A stretch of DNA of 61,757 bases, filler included, from a bacterium (GTDB lineage: Bacteria; J088; JAWLBW01), in assembly GCA_041690355.1 (NCBI GenBank). It is 3 parts of 3 records of this genome, joined end to end, with 100 filler letters (N's around TTAATTAATTAA, not from the genome) between each part and the next. Parts side by side here need not be neighbours in the genome. Positions count along the whole stretch, not along the records: positions 1 to 28,453 come from JAWLHK010000032.1; 2 more parts are not named here. One strand, written 5' to 3'. The notes below the pieces were generated by a model. It was not told the origin of the DNA. It ran no database searches and was given only the letters and a program-made list of their open reading frames with translations. Position numbers and translations under genes: made by a program. Of this stretch, positions 1 through 9,837 are shown piece by piece (position 1 is the first letter of the stretch; each line of letters starts with the position of its first letter).

Positions 1-158
1 GGTGTATTCCTTTCACCGGGCGGCAACCCGGAGGTTTGGTTTGGTTATCGAAAGGATACACCGCCTTTTTCGTTTTTACACACCTTTTGAGGCTACCTCG
101 AATTCTAAAGAACTAAAATCTGCCGTCTCGGGTCGGATGGCTTAACTGAAGGTTTAAT

Positions 159-1334
159 ATGTGGTTCAAATACGCTATTGCTATGGTGACCTTCGCACTC
201 TGTAACGCCTCTTTAGCTTATGCCTACGAGTTTGAGTTCGCTTTTTATGGTAATCCTGTCCACACAGACATGGCTGCACGGGCAGTCCGTTGTGCTGCAA
301 GTGCCAAGAGCATCGAAGAGATAACGGATTGCGAAAACCAAAGATTAGTTGCTGTCCAAACAGTGGTGGAGTCAGAGAATGGCGATACAATCCCCATCTC
401 GATCGCTGACATGGAGAGCGCTGTCATTTGGAGCGATGATCCTATTCGTGAACTCCGATGGTACAAGTTCTACCGGGTCCCTATCTGGGTCTACAGAATT
501 GCTGAAGATGAGTGCGCCGGAAAACTCGAGGGACTCGAACACGGACTTCGTTGCAGCTCTCATTACGGACCTTTTCAGTTTCTGCATGCAATGGAAAGTG
601 AGACTTCTCTTCCGGCCGATCAGACTCTGGCTACCATCCTAGCGTGGATTGAATATGCTTATGCAGTAGCAATGAACGAAAAACGTGGCGGGACGTACCA
701 CAACGATCGGCCTTACTGCGAGACCCTTTCTGCGGAATACGGGAGCAACGAAAAATTCTTAAGGGCTATGATGCCAGATGGACATGATGGTTATCCGTGT
801 AAGAAAGACGGCCCGGCTTGGAGAATCTCCACACCTTTCTCGTTCTCGTGCTTCTTAAGATCTACAAGCTGCCGGGAGACCATACAGCCAAATGATGCAG
901 GTATTCGAAAGGCGGCTCTTGGGTCAATACTGCACGTCATCCAAGACTCATACGCTAAGGGACACACCAGCCGCGGAAGGGACTCTCTGGAATTTATCGA
1001 TAGAATCGAGCGTGCGCCGATAAAGCAGTTCCAGATTTATGGCGACCAGAACCATGAATGCCATAAGAAGGCGGATAAGTTGGCCCCCGTAGAAGACTGT
1101 AACGGATCTGAACAATGCGCTTATCCTGTAGGCCCCGCATCTTATGCAATCGACGGTCCCATAACTGCATCCGCCAAGATACTTAAGTATTATTCAGTTG
1201 GAGCGAAGTGGCGGGTAGTTGAAAGATACCTACGTAAACACGTATTCGTCCTCGACGGGGAACGCTCGGGGGCTGGAACCACCGAGCTTATGAAGCGAAC
1301 GCATGTGAAGGAGTGCAAGGCGCACCGGCAGTAA
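159..1334 (+). CDS. Secreted hypothetical protein, possible Zn-dependent phospholipase C/P1-nuclease (Het-C-like) fold
   Basis: 391-aa ORF with signal peptide. His/Asp motifs PVHTDM, WSDDP, SHYG..FLHAM, LGSILHVIQDSYAKGH, HECHKKAD. Visibly lower GC than the neighbouring genes. Confidence 0.55.
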   Translation: MWFKYAIAMVTFALCNASLAYAYEFEFAFYGNPVHTDMAARAVRCAASAKSIEEITDCENQRLVAVQTVVESENGDTIPISIADMESAVIWSDDPIRELRWYKFYRVPIWVYRIAEDECAGKLEGLEHGLRCSSHYGPFQFLHAMESETSLPADQTLATILAWIEYAYAVAMNEKRGGTYHNDRPYCETLSAEYGSNEKFLRAMMPDGHDGYPCKKDGPAWRISTPFSFSCFLRSTSCRETIQPNDAGIRKAALGSILHVIQDSYAKGHTSRGRDSLEFIDRIERAPIKQFQIYGDQNHECHKKADKLAPVEDCNGSEQCAYPVGPASYAIDGPITASAKILKYYSVGAKWRVVERYLRKHVFVLDGERSGAGTTELMKRTHVKECKAHRQ

Positions 1335-1377
1335 CTTCAATCCAACGCGCATCTGCCCCTCCCCCCCCCAAAAAAAC

Positions 1378-1406
1378 AAAAGCGCTGCTCGAACGCAGCG
1401 CTTTTT
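1378..1406. terminator. Bidirectional intrinsic terminator
   Basis: aaaagcgctgc-tcgaac-gcagcgctttt hairpin with A and T tracts, between convergent genes. Confidence 0.75.
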
Positions 1407-1476
1407 CACACGTGCCCGCACGGGCGCCCATGGAAACGGTCAGGAGTTGCGAGAGGGTTCTTCCCTCCCCCTCCCC

Positions 1477-2073
1477 TCACTTCACATCCAGCAGCTCCAC
1501 CTCGAACACCAGGGTCGCATTGGGCGGAATCACGCCGCCCGCGCCGCGGGCGCCGTAGCCCAGGTGCGGGGGGATGGTCAGCTTGCGGATTTCGCCGACC
1601 TTCATGCCGTTGACGCCGGCGTCCCAGCCTTTGATGACCTGGCCGGCGCCGAGCAGGAACGTGAAGGGGGTGCGGCCGCGCGAGCTGTCGAACTTGCGGC
1701 CGTTCGTGAGCCAGCCGGTATAGTGCACCACGGCCTGGCGCCCCTTGCGGGCCATCTCCCCGTCGCCCGCCTTGAGCACCTTGATGGTCACGCCGTCGCG
1801 CGTGAACTCGTCGTCGACGGCCGCTTCAGCCTGCGCATCCCCGGATGGCTCCGGAGCAGCCTTCGGCGCCGGGCGCGCCGGCTCGGCCGCTGGGGCGGGT
1901 TCGGCCGGGGCGGGTTCTTCGGCGGCGACCGGTGCTTCGGCAGCGTCGGTCACGGCGGCCGTCGATTCGGCGTCGCGGGCCTGGCGCGGTTCCACGGATT
2001 TGCGCGTGTCTGGCGCGCAGGCCGCGAGGGCCAGAACCGGAATCAGCGTCAGCGAAAGGCGGAACAGGGACAT
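1477..2073 (-). CDS. FKBP-type peptidyl-prolyl isomerase, lipoprotein
   Basis: [41 protein letters not shown] motifs. Lipobox LAAC after ATG 2073. Pro/Ala linker. Confidence 0.93.
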   Translation of the reverse strand: MSLFRLSLTLIPVLALAACAPDTRKSVEPRQARDAESTAAVTDAAEAPVAAEEPAPAEPAPAAEPARPAPKAAPEPSGDAQAEAAVDDEFTRDGVTIKVLKAGDGEMARKGRQAVVHYTGWLTNGRKFDSSRGRTPFTFLLGAGQVIKGWDAGVNGMKVGEIRKLTIPPHLGYGARGAGGVIPPNATLVFEVELLDVK

Positions 2074-2111
2074 CGAAAATCTCCTCAGACAGTCTTGGAC
2101 CGAAGCCGACC

Positions 2112-3116
2112 TCACCCGCGCGCGGGGGGTATCCCTTCCTGGCGGACGAGCCAGTCGGCGATGGGTTGAAAAACGCGCTCTTCGGCGTGGTTGCTCACGA
2201 ACAGATCGGCATGCGCAAACGGGCGCGCCGAATCGCCGACCTGGAGAACTTCCTTCACCGACGAGCCGAGCAGGCGCACCCCGGAATAAGCCGTCTCGTA
2301 GGGGACGATGCCGTCGGCGTTCGCGATCACGCAGAGCAGCGGATTCGTGCGCTTGCGCAGCGCCTCGCTGACGTTCAGGCCGTCGAGCACGAGATCCTTG
2401 TGGCGGATCCAGTAGCCGATCTGGCGGTTCAGCTTGGGGACCGGATCCTCAATGGTGCGGATCATTTCGCCCAGCGAGGCCGTGTCGACCATCTCGGGGT
2501 GCAGATAGGCGCGCAGCACGAAGGGGAACTTGGCGATGACCGGGAACAGCGTGCGCGCCAGGCGCTGCGTGCCGTAGAACGGAATGCGCCCCAGCAGCTC
2601 GGGAACCGAGAAGGCGGCCTTGAGCACCGGGTTGATGTCGTCCCAGCGCAGCGGCGCGCCGATGGCGACCAGCGAGCCCATGCGCGGATCTTCGGCCAGG
2701 GCGAGATAGGAATAGAGGAACGTGCCGCCGAGGCTGGCGCCCACGCCGTCGACCGCCGTGCGGTTGTGGCTGACGGTGTGCGTGAGAATCGCGCCGACGG
2801 CGGCCGGAATGTCGTCCAGGACGATCTCGCGCAGGTCGTAGCTGCGGGTGCCGCCGCGGCGCTTCGAGCCCCCCTGCCCGCGCAGGTTCACGCTCCACAC
2901 GTCGAAGCCGTAGTCGGCCCAGGCCGCCTCCATCGAGCGCCCCGTCGGGTGGAAGCTGAAGATGAAGCTGTTCATGCCGTAGCCCGGCACGATCATGAGC
3001 GGGCGCAGCTCCTTGCGCAGCTTCTCGGGGTTGTGGGTCTGGCGAAGTTCCAGATCCCATCCGTTGCCGTTGCTCACGTAGTGCGTGCGAACGACCAGTT
3101 CCTGCGTCTGTGTCAT
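2112..3116 (-). CDS. Alpha/beta hydrolase (Ser nucleophile, PhaC/lipase-like fold)
   Basis: GASLGG elbow, ADGIVP Asp, HADL His, VPGYG oxyanion loop. Start ATG 3116 just after the purD stop. Confidence 0.8.
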   Translation of the reverse strand: MTQTQELVVRTHYVSNGNGWDLELRQTHNPEKLRKELRPLMIVPGYGMNSFIFSFHPTGRSMEAAWADYGFDVWSVNLRGQGGSKRRGGTRSYDLREIVLDDIPAAVGAILTHTVSHNRTAVDGVGASLGGTFLYSYLALAEDPRMGSLVAIGAPLRWDDINPVLKAAFSVPELLGRIPFYGTQRLARTLFPVIAKFPFVLRAYLHPEMVDTASLGEMIRTIEDPVPKLNRQIGYWIRHKDLVLDGLNVSEALRKRTNPLLCVIANADGIVPYETAYSGVRLLGSSVKEVLQVGDSARPFAHADLFVSNHAEERVFQPIADWLVRQEGIPPARG

Positions 3117-3121
3117 GGCAA

Positions 3122-4417
3122 TCAACTCTTCGTACGTTCGCCGGGCTCCAGGGCCCGGAATGCGATGTCGTTGCGGTACTGCGCCCCGTCCCACTTGATG
3201 CGCGAAACCGCCTCGTAGGCCCGCTCGCGCGCCTGGCGCACGTCTTCGCCGCGGGCCGTCACGGTCAGGACGCGCCCGCCGTTGGTGACGATCTCGCCGG
3301 CCTCGTTCTGGGCCGTGCCCGCGTGAAAGACGACGGCGCCGTCGACCTTGGCCGCTTCGTCGAGTCCGCCGATGACATCCCCCTTGCGCGGCGAAGCGGG
3401 ATAGCCGGCGGCGGCCATGACGACCGAGATGGCCGCGTCGTCGCTGAACGTGAGCGTCATGTCCTTGTCGAGATCCCCGCGGGCCGCCTTGAGCAGGATC
3501 GGCACGGCGTCGTCATCCCAGCGCATCATGAGCGGCTGGCATTCCGGATCGCCGAAGCGCACGTTGAACTCGAGGACGCTGATGCCGTCGGGCGTGAGCA
3601 TGATCCCCGCATAGAGCACGCCGCGGAAGGGGAAACCCTCCTGCGCCATGCCGCGCACGGTCGGCTCGAGTACGCGATCGTAGACCTGGCGCATGAGCGC
3701 CGGCGTGATGATCGGCGCGGGAGAATAGGCCCCCATGCCGCCCGTGTTGGGCCCCTTGTCGCCGTCGAGCAGGCGCTTGTGATCCTGCGCGCTCGGGAGG
3801 GGCAGAATGATGCGGCCGTCGGTGATGGCCAGGATGCTCGCTTCGACGCCGGTCAGGCAGTCTTCGAGCAGCACGGTCTTGCCCGCGAGCCCGAATTCCT
3901 CTTTCTCGAGACAGCGGCGGATGGCGTCTTCGGCCTCGGCCTCGGTCGTCGCCACGACGACCCCCTTGCCGGCCGCAAGCCCGTCGGCCTTGACGACGAT
4001 GGGCGCACCGTGCGCCTTCAGGTACTTGAGGGCCGGCTCGACGGCGTGAAAGATCTCGGCGCGCGCCGTCGGGATACCGTGGCGCTGCATGAACCCCTTC
4101 GCGAAGGCCTTGCTCCCCTCGAGGGCGGCCGCTTCGCGCGAGGGGCCGAAGATCTTCAGGTTCCGCTTCTCGAACGCGTCGACGATCCCCAGCGTGAGCG
4201 GAAGCTCGGGGCCGACGATGGTCAGGCTGATGCGCTTGGTTTCGGCAAAATCGGCCAGGCCTTCGACGTCGTCGACGGGCAGATCCAGGTTTTCGGCGAG
4301 GGCCGCCGTTCCCGGGTTCCCCGGCGCGCAGTAAATCCGATCGACGAGACGGCTCTGAGCAAGTTTCCAGACGAGCGCATGTTCACGCCCGCCGCTACCA
4401 ACGACAAGAATCTTCAT
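3122..4417 (-). CDS. purD: Phosphoribosylamine--glycine ligase
   Basis: MKILVVGSGGREHAL, KADGLAAGKGV, QDHKRL.DGD.GPNTGGMGAYSP, EFNVRFGDPE. Confidence 0.98.
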   Translation of the reverse strand: MKILVVGSGGREHALVWKLAQSRLVDRIYCAPGNPGTAALAENLDLPVDDVEGLADFAETKRISLTIVGPELPLTLGIVDAFEKRNLKIFGPSREAAALEGSKAFAKGFMQRHGIPTARAEIFHAVEPALKYLKAHGAPIVVKADGLAAGKGVVVATTEAEAEDAIRRCLEKEEFGLAGKTVLLEDCLTGVEASILAITDGRIILPLPSAQDHKRLLDGDKGPNTGGMGAYSPAPIITPALMRQVYDRVLEPTVRGMAQEGFPFRGVLYAGIMLTPDGISVLEFNVRFGDPECQPLMMRWDDDAVPILLKAARGDLDKDMTLTFSDDAAISVVMAAAGYPASPRKGDVIGGLDEAAKVDGAVVFHAGTAQNEAGEIVTNGGRVLTVTARGEDVRQARERAYEAVSRIKWDGAQYRNDIAFRALEPGERTKS

Positions 4418-4493
4418 ACGATTGAAACTATCCGAACGCAGAAATGAATACGCCGGCGCCTTCCGACGCCGGCCTTGATGGGGCTCGCGAGGC

Positions 4494-6941
4494 TCAGTGC
4501 GCCAGGGAGCGGAACGTTCCCTGAAGCCGGTTGCCGTACGCGTCGGTGACGTCGCCGGTATCGAACTCGATCCGGTAGGTGCCCGCGCCCTTCCAGGCCA
4601 TCGACCCTTCGAGCCGCGGGAGCCCTTCTTCGCCCGGGCAGAGCGTGGGAACCTTGTCGGTACCCTCGGACACCCAGGTCAAAGAAACCGTCTCCGTAAC
4701 CGCATTATTGTAGATGACGCGCACGGTTCCCGCCATGCCGTCGACGATGGGGAAATCCGTGGTTCCGCGCTCGCTGAACAGGCGATAGTTGCCCAGCTGG
4801 TGGTCCCCTTCGTTGAAGACCTCGTCCCAGACCGGTGCGGCCTGCGGATAGAACGCCGACAATTCGATCTCGAGTCCGGTCGCCGTCGAGACCACGTGGA
4901 AATAGTCACCCGTGGCCAGCGCGCAATTGGCGCCGACGGTGAGCCCGTCGGCGACCTGGATCTCGAAGGGAGCGCTGACGAGGTCATAGGACTCCGGCTG
5001 CGCGCCGGCGGCGGGGAGCGTCGTGCCCGTGATGCGCACGCGGTAGGAACCGACGGAAACCCAGGCTGGAATTTCCCAGACGGCGCTCCAGCCGTGGCGC
5101 CGTTTGCCTGCCGTCGGCGCTTCCTCAAAGGTCGGTTCCGCGCGGTAATCGGTGACGATGTCGACGTGCGCGTTGCTCACCGGCCGCCAGCCCCGCGTGC
5201 GGAGCGGCTCGCCGGCGGCGGTCTCGATCGACACGCTTGGATGCCCGAGCACGGGGTCGCCGCCGTTCCACGCGATCTGCACGGCCTGCAGGCGCGTATA
5301 GGCCGCGGCCGGTTCGAGGGTGACGGCCGGGGCGCCTGCGGAGGCGGCGGCGGGCACCGGCTCGTATTCGATGGCGGGAAGCTCGATCTTCGGCGTCGGG
5401 TGCTTCTTCGCCGCCTTGCCCGTCCGCAGTTCCTCGTACAGGTCGAGGTGCTGCTCGATCAGGTACGGGGCGAAGCGCCATCCCCAGTAGCTGATGGTCG
5501 GCTCGTAGCCGCCGCTCATCCAGTCGTCGGGCATGAGGATGTAGCCGTTGTGATCCTGCGCGTAGGCGTAGATCATGACTTCGTCTTCGGGGTCGGCCCC
5601 CTCGCGCAGCACGCGCCCGATTTCACTCACGGCCTCGCCGGGAACGGCAAAGATCTTCAGCCCCCCGATGTCGGCCACCGCAATATCCGTATGATACTTC
5701 CCCTGCCCCTCGAGGCCATGCCCCAGGCAGCTCACGCTGAGCGGCGTGGTCTTCGTCTCGCAGGCCTCGGCGGTGAACTGGCAGAGGATGGCGCCGTCCT
5801 CAAAAAACTCCCCCTCCTCGTAGCCGAGCAGCTCGCGGCTGAGTGGAATGCGGCGCGTCTTGATGCCCAGGGGGATGTCTCGCGAAAGCTCGCGCACCCC
5901 TTCGGCCTCGGCGGCGCCGGTGACGGCACGATACAGCCGGTGCGCCTCTTCGGCGACGCGGTAACCCACGTCCTCCATGCGCTGCGAACCCTGTCCGTGG
6001 CCGCCGGGAGAGACGTCGCCCGCCGTTCCCTGCATGTACATGACGGTGACCGGCGCGCCAAAGCGCTCTTCGAGCTTCGTCTCGACGAACCCGGGCCCGT
6101 CGGTCGAGAGATGGTGGTTGTAGGCGCCGAGGATGGTGCCGTGCATGGCATAGTTCACGAGCACGGCGATGGGCGCTTCGGGTTCTCCCGATTCGGCGTC
6201 GACGGCATCGATACGGACGAGACGGACCCCGATGTCGATGTTGTCTTCGCCGTATTCGTCGTCGTCGTTACAGCGGCGATCCCGGTTGGCGTCGTCGCGT
6301 TCGCCGCGCGCGTACCCGAGGGCCGCGGGGCGCAGCGCGGCCTTGGCCTGCCCCAGCGCCTTCACGATGGAGCGCGCCACGCGGTCGACGCTTTCGGGAT
6401 TGAAGGAGTCGAGGCCATGGCCGACGGCGTCCTGCCGCCACCCTTCTTCATTCTCGAGCAGCTTGATCCGCAGCGAGGTCGCGAAGCGGGCGCCGGCCGC
6501 GTGCGTATGCGTGGCCGAGAGAATCAGGCGGTCGCGCAGATCGAGGCCGAGGTCCTCCTTTGCGAGGGTCACCGTGCGATCGAGAAGGACGTCGGATACT
6601 CCGATGGCGTCGATGCGGGCCAGGGCCATCAGCGTCACGCCGTCGTCGAGCAGAACGGCCTTGGCCTTCGGCGGCGCCTGCAGGCCGCGGCTCGCGGGAA
6701 ACAGATCGGCGAACGGGCTGCCCGGCTCGTCCTCAGGGAACGCGAAGGCGAGCACGCTCGTCTGCGCGTAGCCGGCCGTCGAGTGACCGACGGGCAGATC
6801 GATGAGCGCTTCACCGGCCCCCGCTTCGAGGGGCTTCGGGGTGGGCGCCGGATCGGACTCCGTCGTCGAGGTACAGGCGGGCGCGAACCCGGCCAGCGCC
6901 AGGACGAACAGCGCGCCTGCGAGCTTACCGGAGGGGCGCAA
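4494..6941 (-). CDS. Neutral/alkaline ceramidase-like lipoprotein (long form)
   Basis: SATHTHA, NYAMHGT, QGTAGDVSP, VPGE, GY......GGYE motifs. Lipoprotein-type leader ending FAPAC. TTG start 6941 with GGAG is inferred; the ORF is open to 7007. Confidence 0.75.
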   Translation of the reverse strand: MRPSGKLAGALFVLALAGFAPACTSTTESDPAPTPKPLEAGAGEALIDLPVGHSTAGYAQTSVLAFAFPEDEPGSPFADLFPASRGLQAPPKAKAVLLDDGVTLMALARIDAIGVSDVLLDRTVTLAKEDLGLDLRDRLILSATHTHAAGARFATSLRIKLLENEEGWRQDAVGHGLDSFNPESVDRVARSIVKALGQAKAALRPAALGYARGERDDANRDRRCNDDDEYGEDNIDIGVRLVRIDAVDAESGEPEAPIAVLVNYAMHGTILGAYNHHLSTDGPGFVETKLEERFGAPVTVMYMQGTAGDVSPGGHGQGSQRMEDVGYRVAEEAHRLYRAVTGAAEAEGVRELSRDIPLGIKTRRIPLSRELLGYEEGEFFEDGAILCQFTAEACETKTTPLSVSCLGHGLEGQGKYHTDIAVADIGGLKIFAVPGEAVSEIGRVLREGADPEDEVMIYAYAQDHNGYILMPDDWMSGGYEPTISYWGWRFAPYLIEQHLDLYEELRTGKAAKKHPTPKIELPAIEYEPVPAAASAGAPAVTLEPAAAYTRLQAVQIAWNGGDPVLGHPSVSIETAAGEPLRTRGWRPVSNAHVDIVTDYRAEPTFEEAPTAGKRRHGWSAVWEIPAWVSVGSYRVRITGTTLPAAGAQPESYDLVSAPFEIQVADGLTVGANCALATGDYFHVVSTATGLEIELSAFYPQAAPVWDEVFNEGDHQLGNYRLFSERGTTDFPIVDGMAGTVRVIYNNAVTETVSLTWVSEGTDKVPTLCPGEEGLPRLEGSMAWKGAGTYRIEFDTGDVTDAYGNRLQGTFRSLAH

Positions 6942-8436
6942 GCACGCTCTCCACGGATTCGGCCAGCAGCGGCGCCGTTTTCGGTCCCAGCGAGACGGTC
7001 TCTTCATATTCGTTCGTATCCCACTGCGACTTCGGAATGATGTAGCCGAATTCGCCGTTGCCGAGCCCGAAGACGAACTTGAAGTCGGCCGTCATCATCT
7101 CCTTGCGGATCGTCTTTTCCTTGGGGGCGTCCGGATAATCCCCCTTGTACTTGTCCGTGCCGTCGGGGAACTGTTCGAGATACTGCGCCGAACCGGGCAC
7201 GTCATAGCCGCCGTCGGCCAGCTCGGGAAACAGTTCTCCGGGTACGTTCACCCACTGCGCGGCGCCGTCGCAGAAGTCGGCCGCCTTGATGTGGGCATAG
7301 ACGCAGCCGACCTTGCAGACGTCTTCGTCGCGGATGAGATCCTCGTCCGATGCGTAGAAGACCTCGTTCTGCACGAGGATGCGGAAGGCGGCGTTCTCCA
7401 TGGGGAGCAGAAGGTTCTCGGCGTTCGTATGCATGGCGCACGTTTCGTGCAGCGGCGCCGTCTTGAGCGCTTCGAGCGCAACGTCGGCGATGCGCACGCC
7501 TGTCGTTTCGGCGAGCGCGAAGGTATCGTGGTGCTGCGGGGTCATGAGGCCGCCGATGGTGCCGACGGCGAAGACGCTGATGCCCCCTAGTTCCTCTTCC
7601 ATGCGCAGCCGCGTATAGTGCGGAAAATCCGAGGTGATGTAGGGATTTCTGCTCCAGAGCACTTCCGGATGCATCGAGAATTCGACCAGCGTGCCCATGG
7701 TCTTGCCGGCCCCGTCGACGAACTGGGCGGCCACGACGTCGTTGTCGATGACGATCGGGTAGCGCGAATCCTTGTTGATGTCCCCCGGTGCGACCCCTTT
7801 GCCGAAGCGGACCTTGGCCGGCGCCAGCGCCTCGAAGCTGGCCACGATGGCGTCGGCGGCGGCGGCCACCAGGCTGTCCATGAACGGCTGCGATACGCCC
7901 GGAACCAGCGGCGCCTCGCCCCAGTAGCCCATCGTGTCGGGGGCTTCGTGCGTGTGCGTGGCCGCGATGACCAGATCGCTGTCGATGAGCGGGTACTTCG
8001 CGCCGATGCGCTCCAGCACGGCCGCGCGAATCGCCTCGACCGAACGCGGCAGCAGACCGACCGAGTCGATGGAGGTCAGCGAGTAGATGCAGCTGCCCTG
8101 CTTCACCGTGACCGTGCGCGCCCAGAGATCGTCGTGGACCCCCTGCGCCGCGCGGCCGTTGTTGAAGCCGGCGATCCAGAGCGGCTCCCAGACGCCGTTG
8201 CCGTTCGTATCGGTCGTCTTTTCGCCGTAATCGTAGAGATGGTTGCCGTTCTCGTCGACATACCCCTCGATGTTCTCCGGGGTGAAATCGACCGCGGCAA
8301 ACCCGGCCTCGAAGGGCGCGTCGGGCTCGAGGCAGTTCGCCTGCTTCTCGACGGCGGTTTCTTCGAGCTTGACTTCGCACGCGCTCAACAGAAGCAGAAG
8401 CGCAAGGGCGGTTACTTGACCGTGTCTTCGATCCAT
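6925..8436 (-). CDS. Neutral/alkaline ceramidase-like lipoprotein
   Basis: GVHDDLWAR, AATHTHEAPD, MHPE, ITSDFP, VPGELFPE, GYI, YEETVS. Lipobox LSAC after ATG 8436. Confidence 0.78.
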   Translation of the reverse strand: MDRRHGQVTALALLLLLSACEVKLEETAVEKQANCLEPDAPFEAGFAAVDFTPENIEGYVDENGNHLYDYGEKTTDTNGNGVWEPLWIAGFNNGRAAQGVHDDLWARTVTVKQGSCIYSLTSIDSVGLLPRSVEAIRAAVLERIGAKYPLIDSDLVIAATHTHEAPDTMGYWGEAPLVPGVSQPFMDSLVAAAADAIVASFEALAPAKVRFGKGVAPGDINKDSRYPIVIDNDVVAAQFVDGAGKTMGTLVEFSMHPEVLWSRNPYITSDFPHYTRLRMEEELGGISVFAVGTIGGLMTPQHHDTFALAETTGVRIADVALEALKTAPLHETCAMHTNAENLLLPMENAAFRILVQNEVFYASDEDLIRDEDVCKVGCVYAHIKAADFCDGAAQWVNVPGELFPELADGGYDVPGSAQYLEQFPDGTDKYKGDYPDAPKEKTIRKEMMTADFKFVFGLGNGEFGYIIPKSQWDTNEYEETVSLGPKTAPLLAESVESVLAPLR

Positions 8437-8750
8437 TCGTCTGCCTTCTTCCTGATACCGGTTCCGGTGTCCGAGACGGTTTGTTTGGTCTTCCGTCCGG
8501 CTTTTTCGATCGATTCCTCGACGACTTCGCCTGTCTTTTCGAGGGACTCGCCGACGGCCTCGCCCGTCTTCTCGAGCCCCTTGCGGGTGGCCTGGATGCC
8601 CCCCTCGAGCTTCTCGGCCGGCTTGTCGCGGTAGCGATCGAGAATCTCGTCGCCCCCGGCCCACACGAACGCAATCGCGGCGGCCACGCCGACCCCGAAG
8701 CCGAGAACCCGGTTGGCCCACACCGTCAGTCGCGATGCCTTCTTGCTCAT
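8412..8750 (-). CDS. Small membrane-anchored protein with amphipathic K/E-rich helical repeats
   Basis: One N-terminal TM helix, then 11-aa repeats (LEKTGEAVGES/LEKTGEVVEES). Tightly packed with flanking genes. Confidence 0.65.
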   Translation of the reverse strand: MSKKASRLTVWANRVLGFGVGVAAAIAFVWAGGDEILDRYRDKPAEKLEGGIQATRKGLEKTGEAVGESLEKTGEVVEESIEKAGRKTKQTVSDTGTGIRKKADEWIEDTVK

Positions 8751-8762
8751 CGGCGCCTCGTC

Positions 8763-9821
8763 TCAGAAGTTGTTCAGCAGCAGCGCAGCCAGTTCCTTCG
8801 CGGCGTCCTCTGGCGACGCGGGGGCAGCCTCGCCCGGAGCTTCCGATTCCCCAGACGCGCCCGCGCCCGCCCCGTCGAGCATGCTCATGAACAGGCCGGC
8901 CAGATCGGCGTCGGCCCCGGTGGCGGCCGGCGCCGGCGTTGTGGACGGGCCCGCCCCGAACGCGGCCGAAAGGGCCGCCATGAAGTCGCCGGCCTCGGCT
9001 GCCGGGGCGGCCGGAGGGGGGGCGGGTTCGGCGTCGAGCACGAGGGGCACCTCTTCGACGGGGGTCCCGATTTCGATCGTTTCGTCCCCCTCGTCGTCCA
9101 GGATGAGCACCTCGTCGGGCTCCACCGGCGGAGCAACCGAAGCGCCGACCGGACGCTCGGGGCGCGGCCGCGGCGGGGGCGCCGGCGCTTCGCTCTGTAC
9201 CTGACTGGCGGCCGCGGCGAGCTTGTCCATGGCGGCGGCGCGGGCGTCGGGCTTGCGCTGGCCGCCGGCGGCCGCCTGAACTTCGGCCCGCTTGCGGCGG
9301 GCGGCCTGGATGTCGAAGACCTCGGGCGAGTCGAGATCGAGCTTGTCGGTGAAGGGGAGATCGTACGGCCGCCCGACGAGCACGCTGGTCGTATAGTAGT
9401 GGCCGATGGCGCGCACGACGTCGGTTTCGGCCGCGACGACCGGGATCACCCGGCCGCCCAGCTGAAACTGCAGTTCGTCGAGCATCTGCATGTTGGTCGG
9501 ATCGCAGGTCGCAAGCCAGAAGCGCTTGCCCTCGTTCTTCACAATCATGCCGCGCGCCCGCCGGGCCTGGTCCCGCGAGAACAGTTTGACCAGGGCCGGG
9601 GGAATCTGCACGCGCTCGAGCGGTACGTAGGCGAGCCGCAACGCCATGGCCGCCAGGCGGCCGAGCTCTTCTTCGGATACGAAGCCGAGCGTCACCAGTT
9701 GATTGGTGAGCCTCCCGGCGACTTCACGGCCCTGATTCTGGGCCGTGGTCGCCAGGTGCAGCTGCTCGGGCGTGATGATACCCAGTTTGACGAGAAACGC
9801 GCCGAGTTTTGCTTCGTTCAC
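8763..9821 (-). CDS. Stand-alone GspE/PilB N-terminal (MshEN-like) domain protein with low-complexity tail
   Basis: KLG..LV..GIIT.EQL......Q and RL...LV.LGFVSEEEL repeats plus ATCDPTN..LDELQF. No Walker A motif. Confidence 0.75.
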   Translation of the reverse strand: MNEAKLGAFLVKLGIITPEQLHLATTAQNQGREVAGRLTNQLVTLGFVSEEELGRLAAMALRLAYVPLERVQIPPALVKLFSRDQARRARGMIVKNEGKRFWLATCDPTNMQMLDELQFQLGGRVIPVVAAETDVVRAIGHYYTTSVLVGRPYDLPFTDKLDLDSPEVFDIQAARRKRAEVQAAAGGQRKPDARAAAMDKLAAAASQVQSEAPAPPPRPRPERPVGASVAPPVEPDEVLILDDEGDETIEIGTPVEEVPLVLDAEPAPPPAAPAAEAGDFMAALSAAFGAGPSTTPAPAATGADADLAGLFMSMLDGAGAGASGESEAPGEAAPASPEDAAKELAALLLNNF

Positions 9822-9837
9822 CGAATCCTCACTGGGT

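Noticed and set aside
120-1400. Integron gene cassette around the low-GC ORF
   Set aside because: No convincing RYYYAAC/GTTRRRY attC pair; the downstream hairpin is an ordinary terminator.
2112-3116. PHA synthase PhaC
   Set aside because: The nucleophile is Ser (GASLG) rather than Cys, and no phaE/phaB is adjacent.
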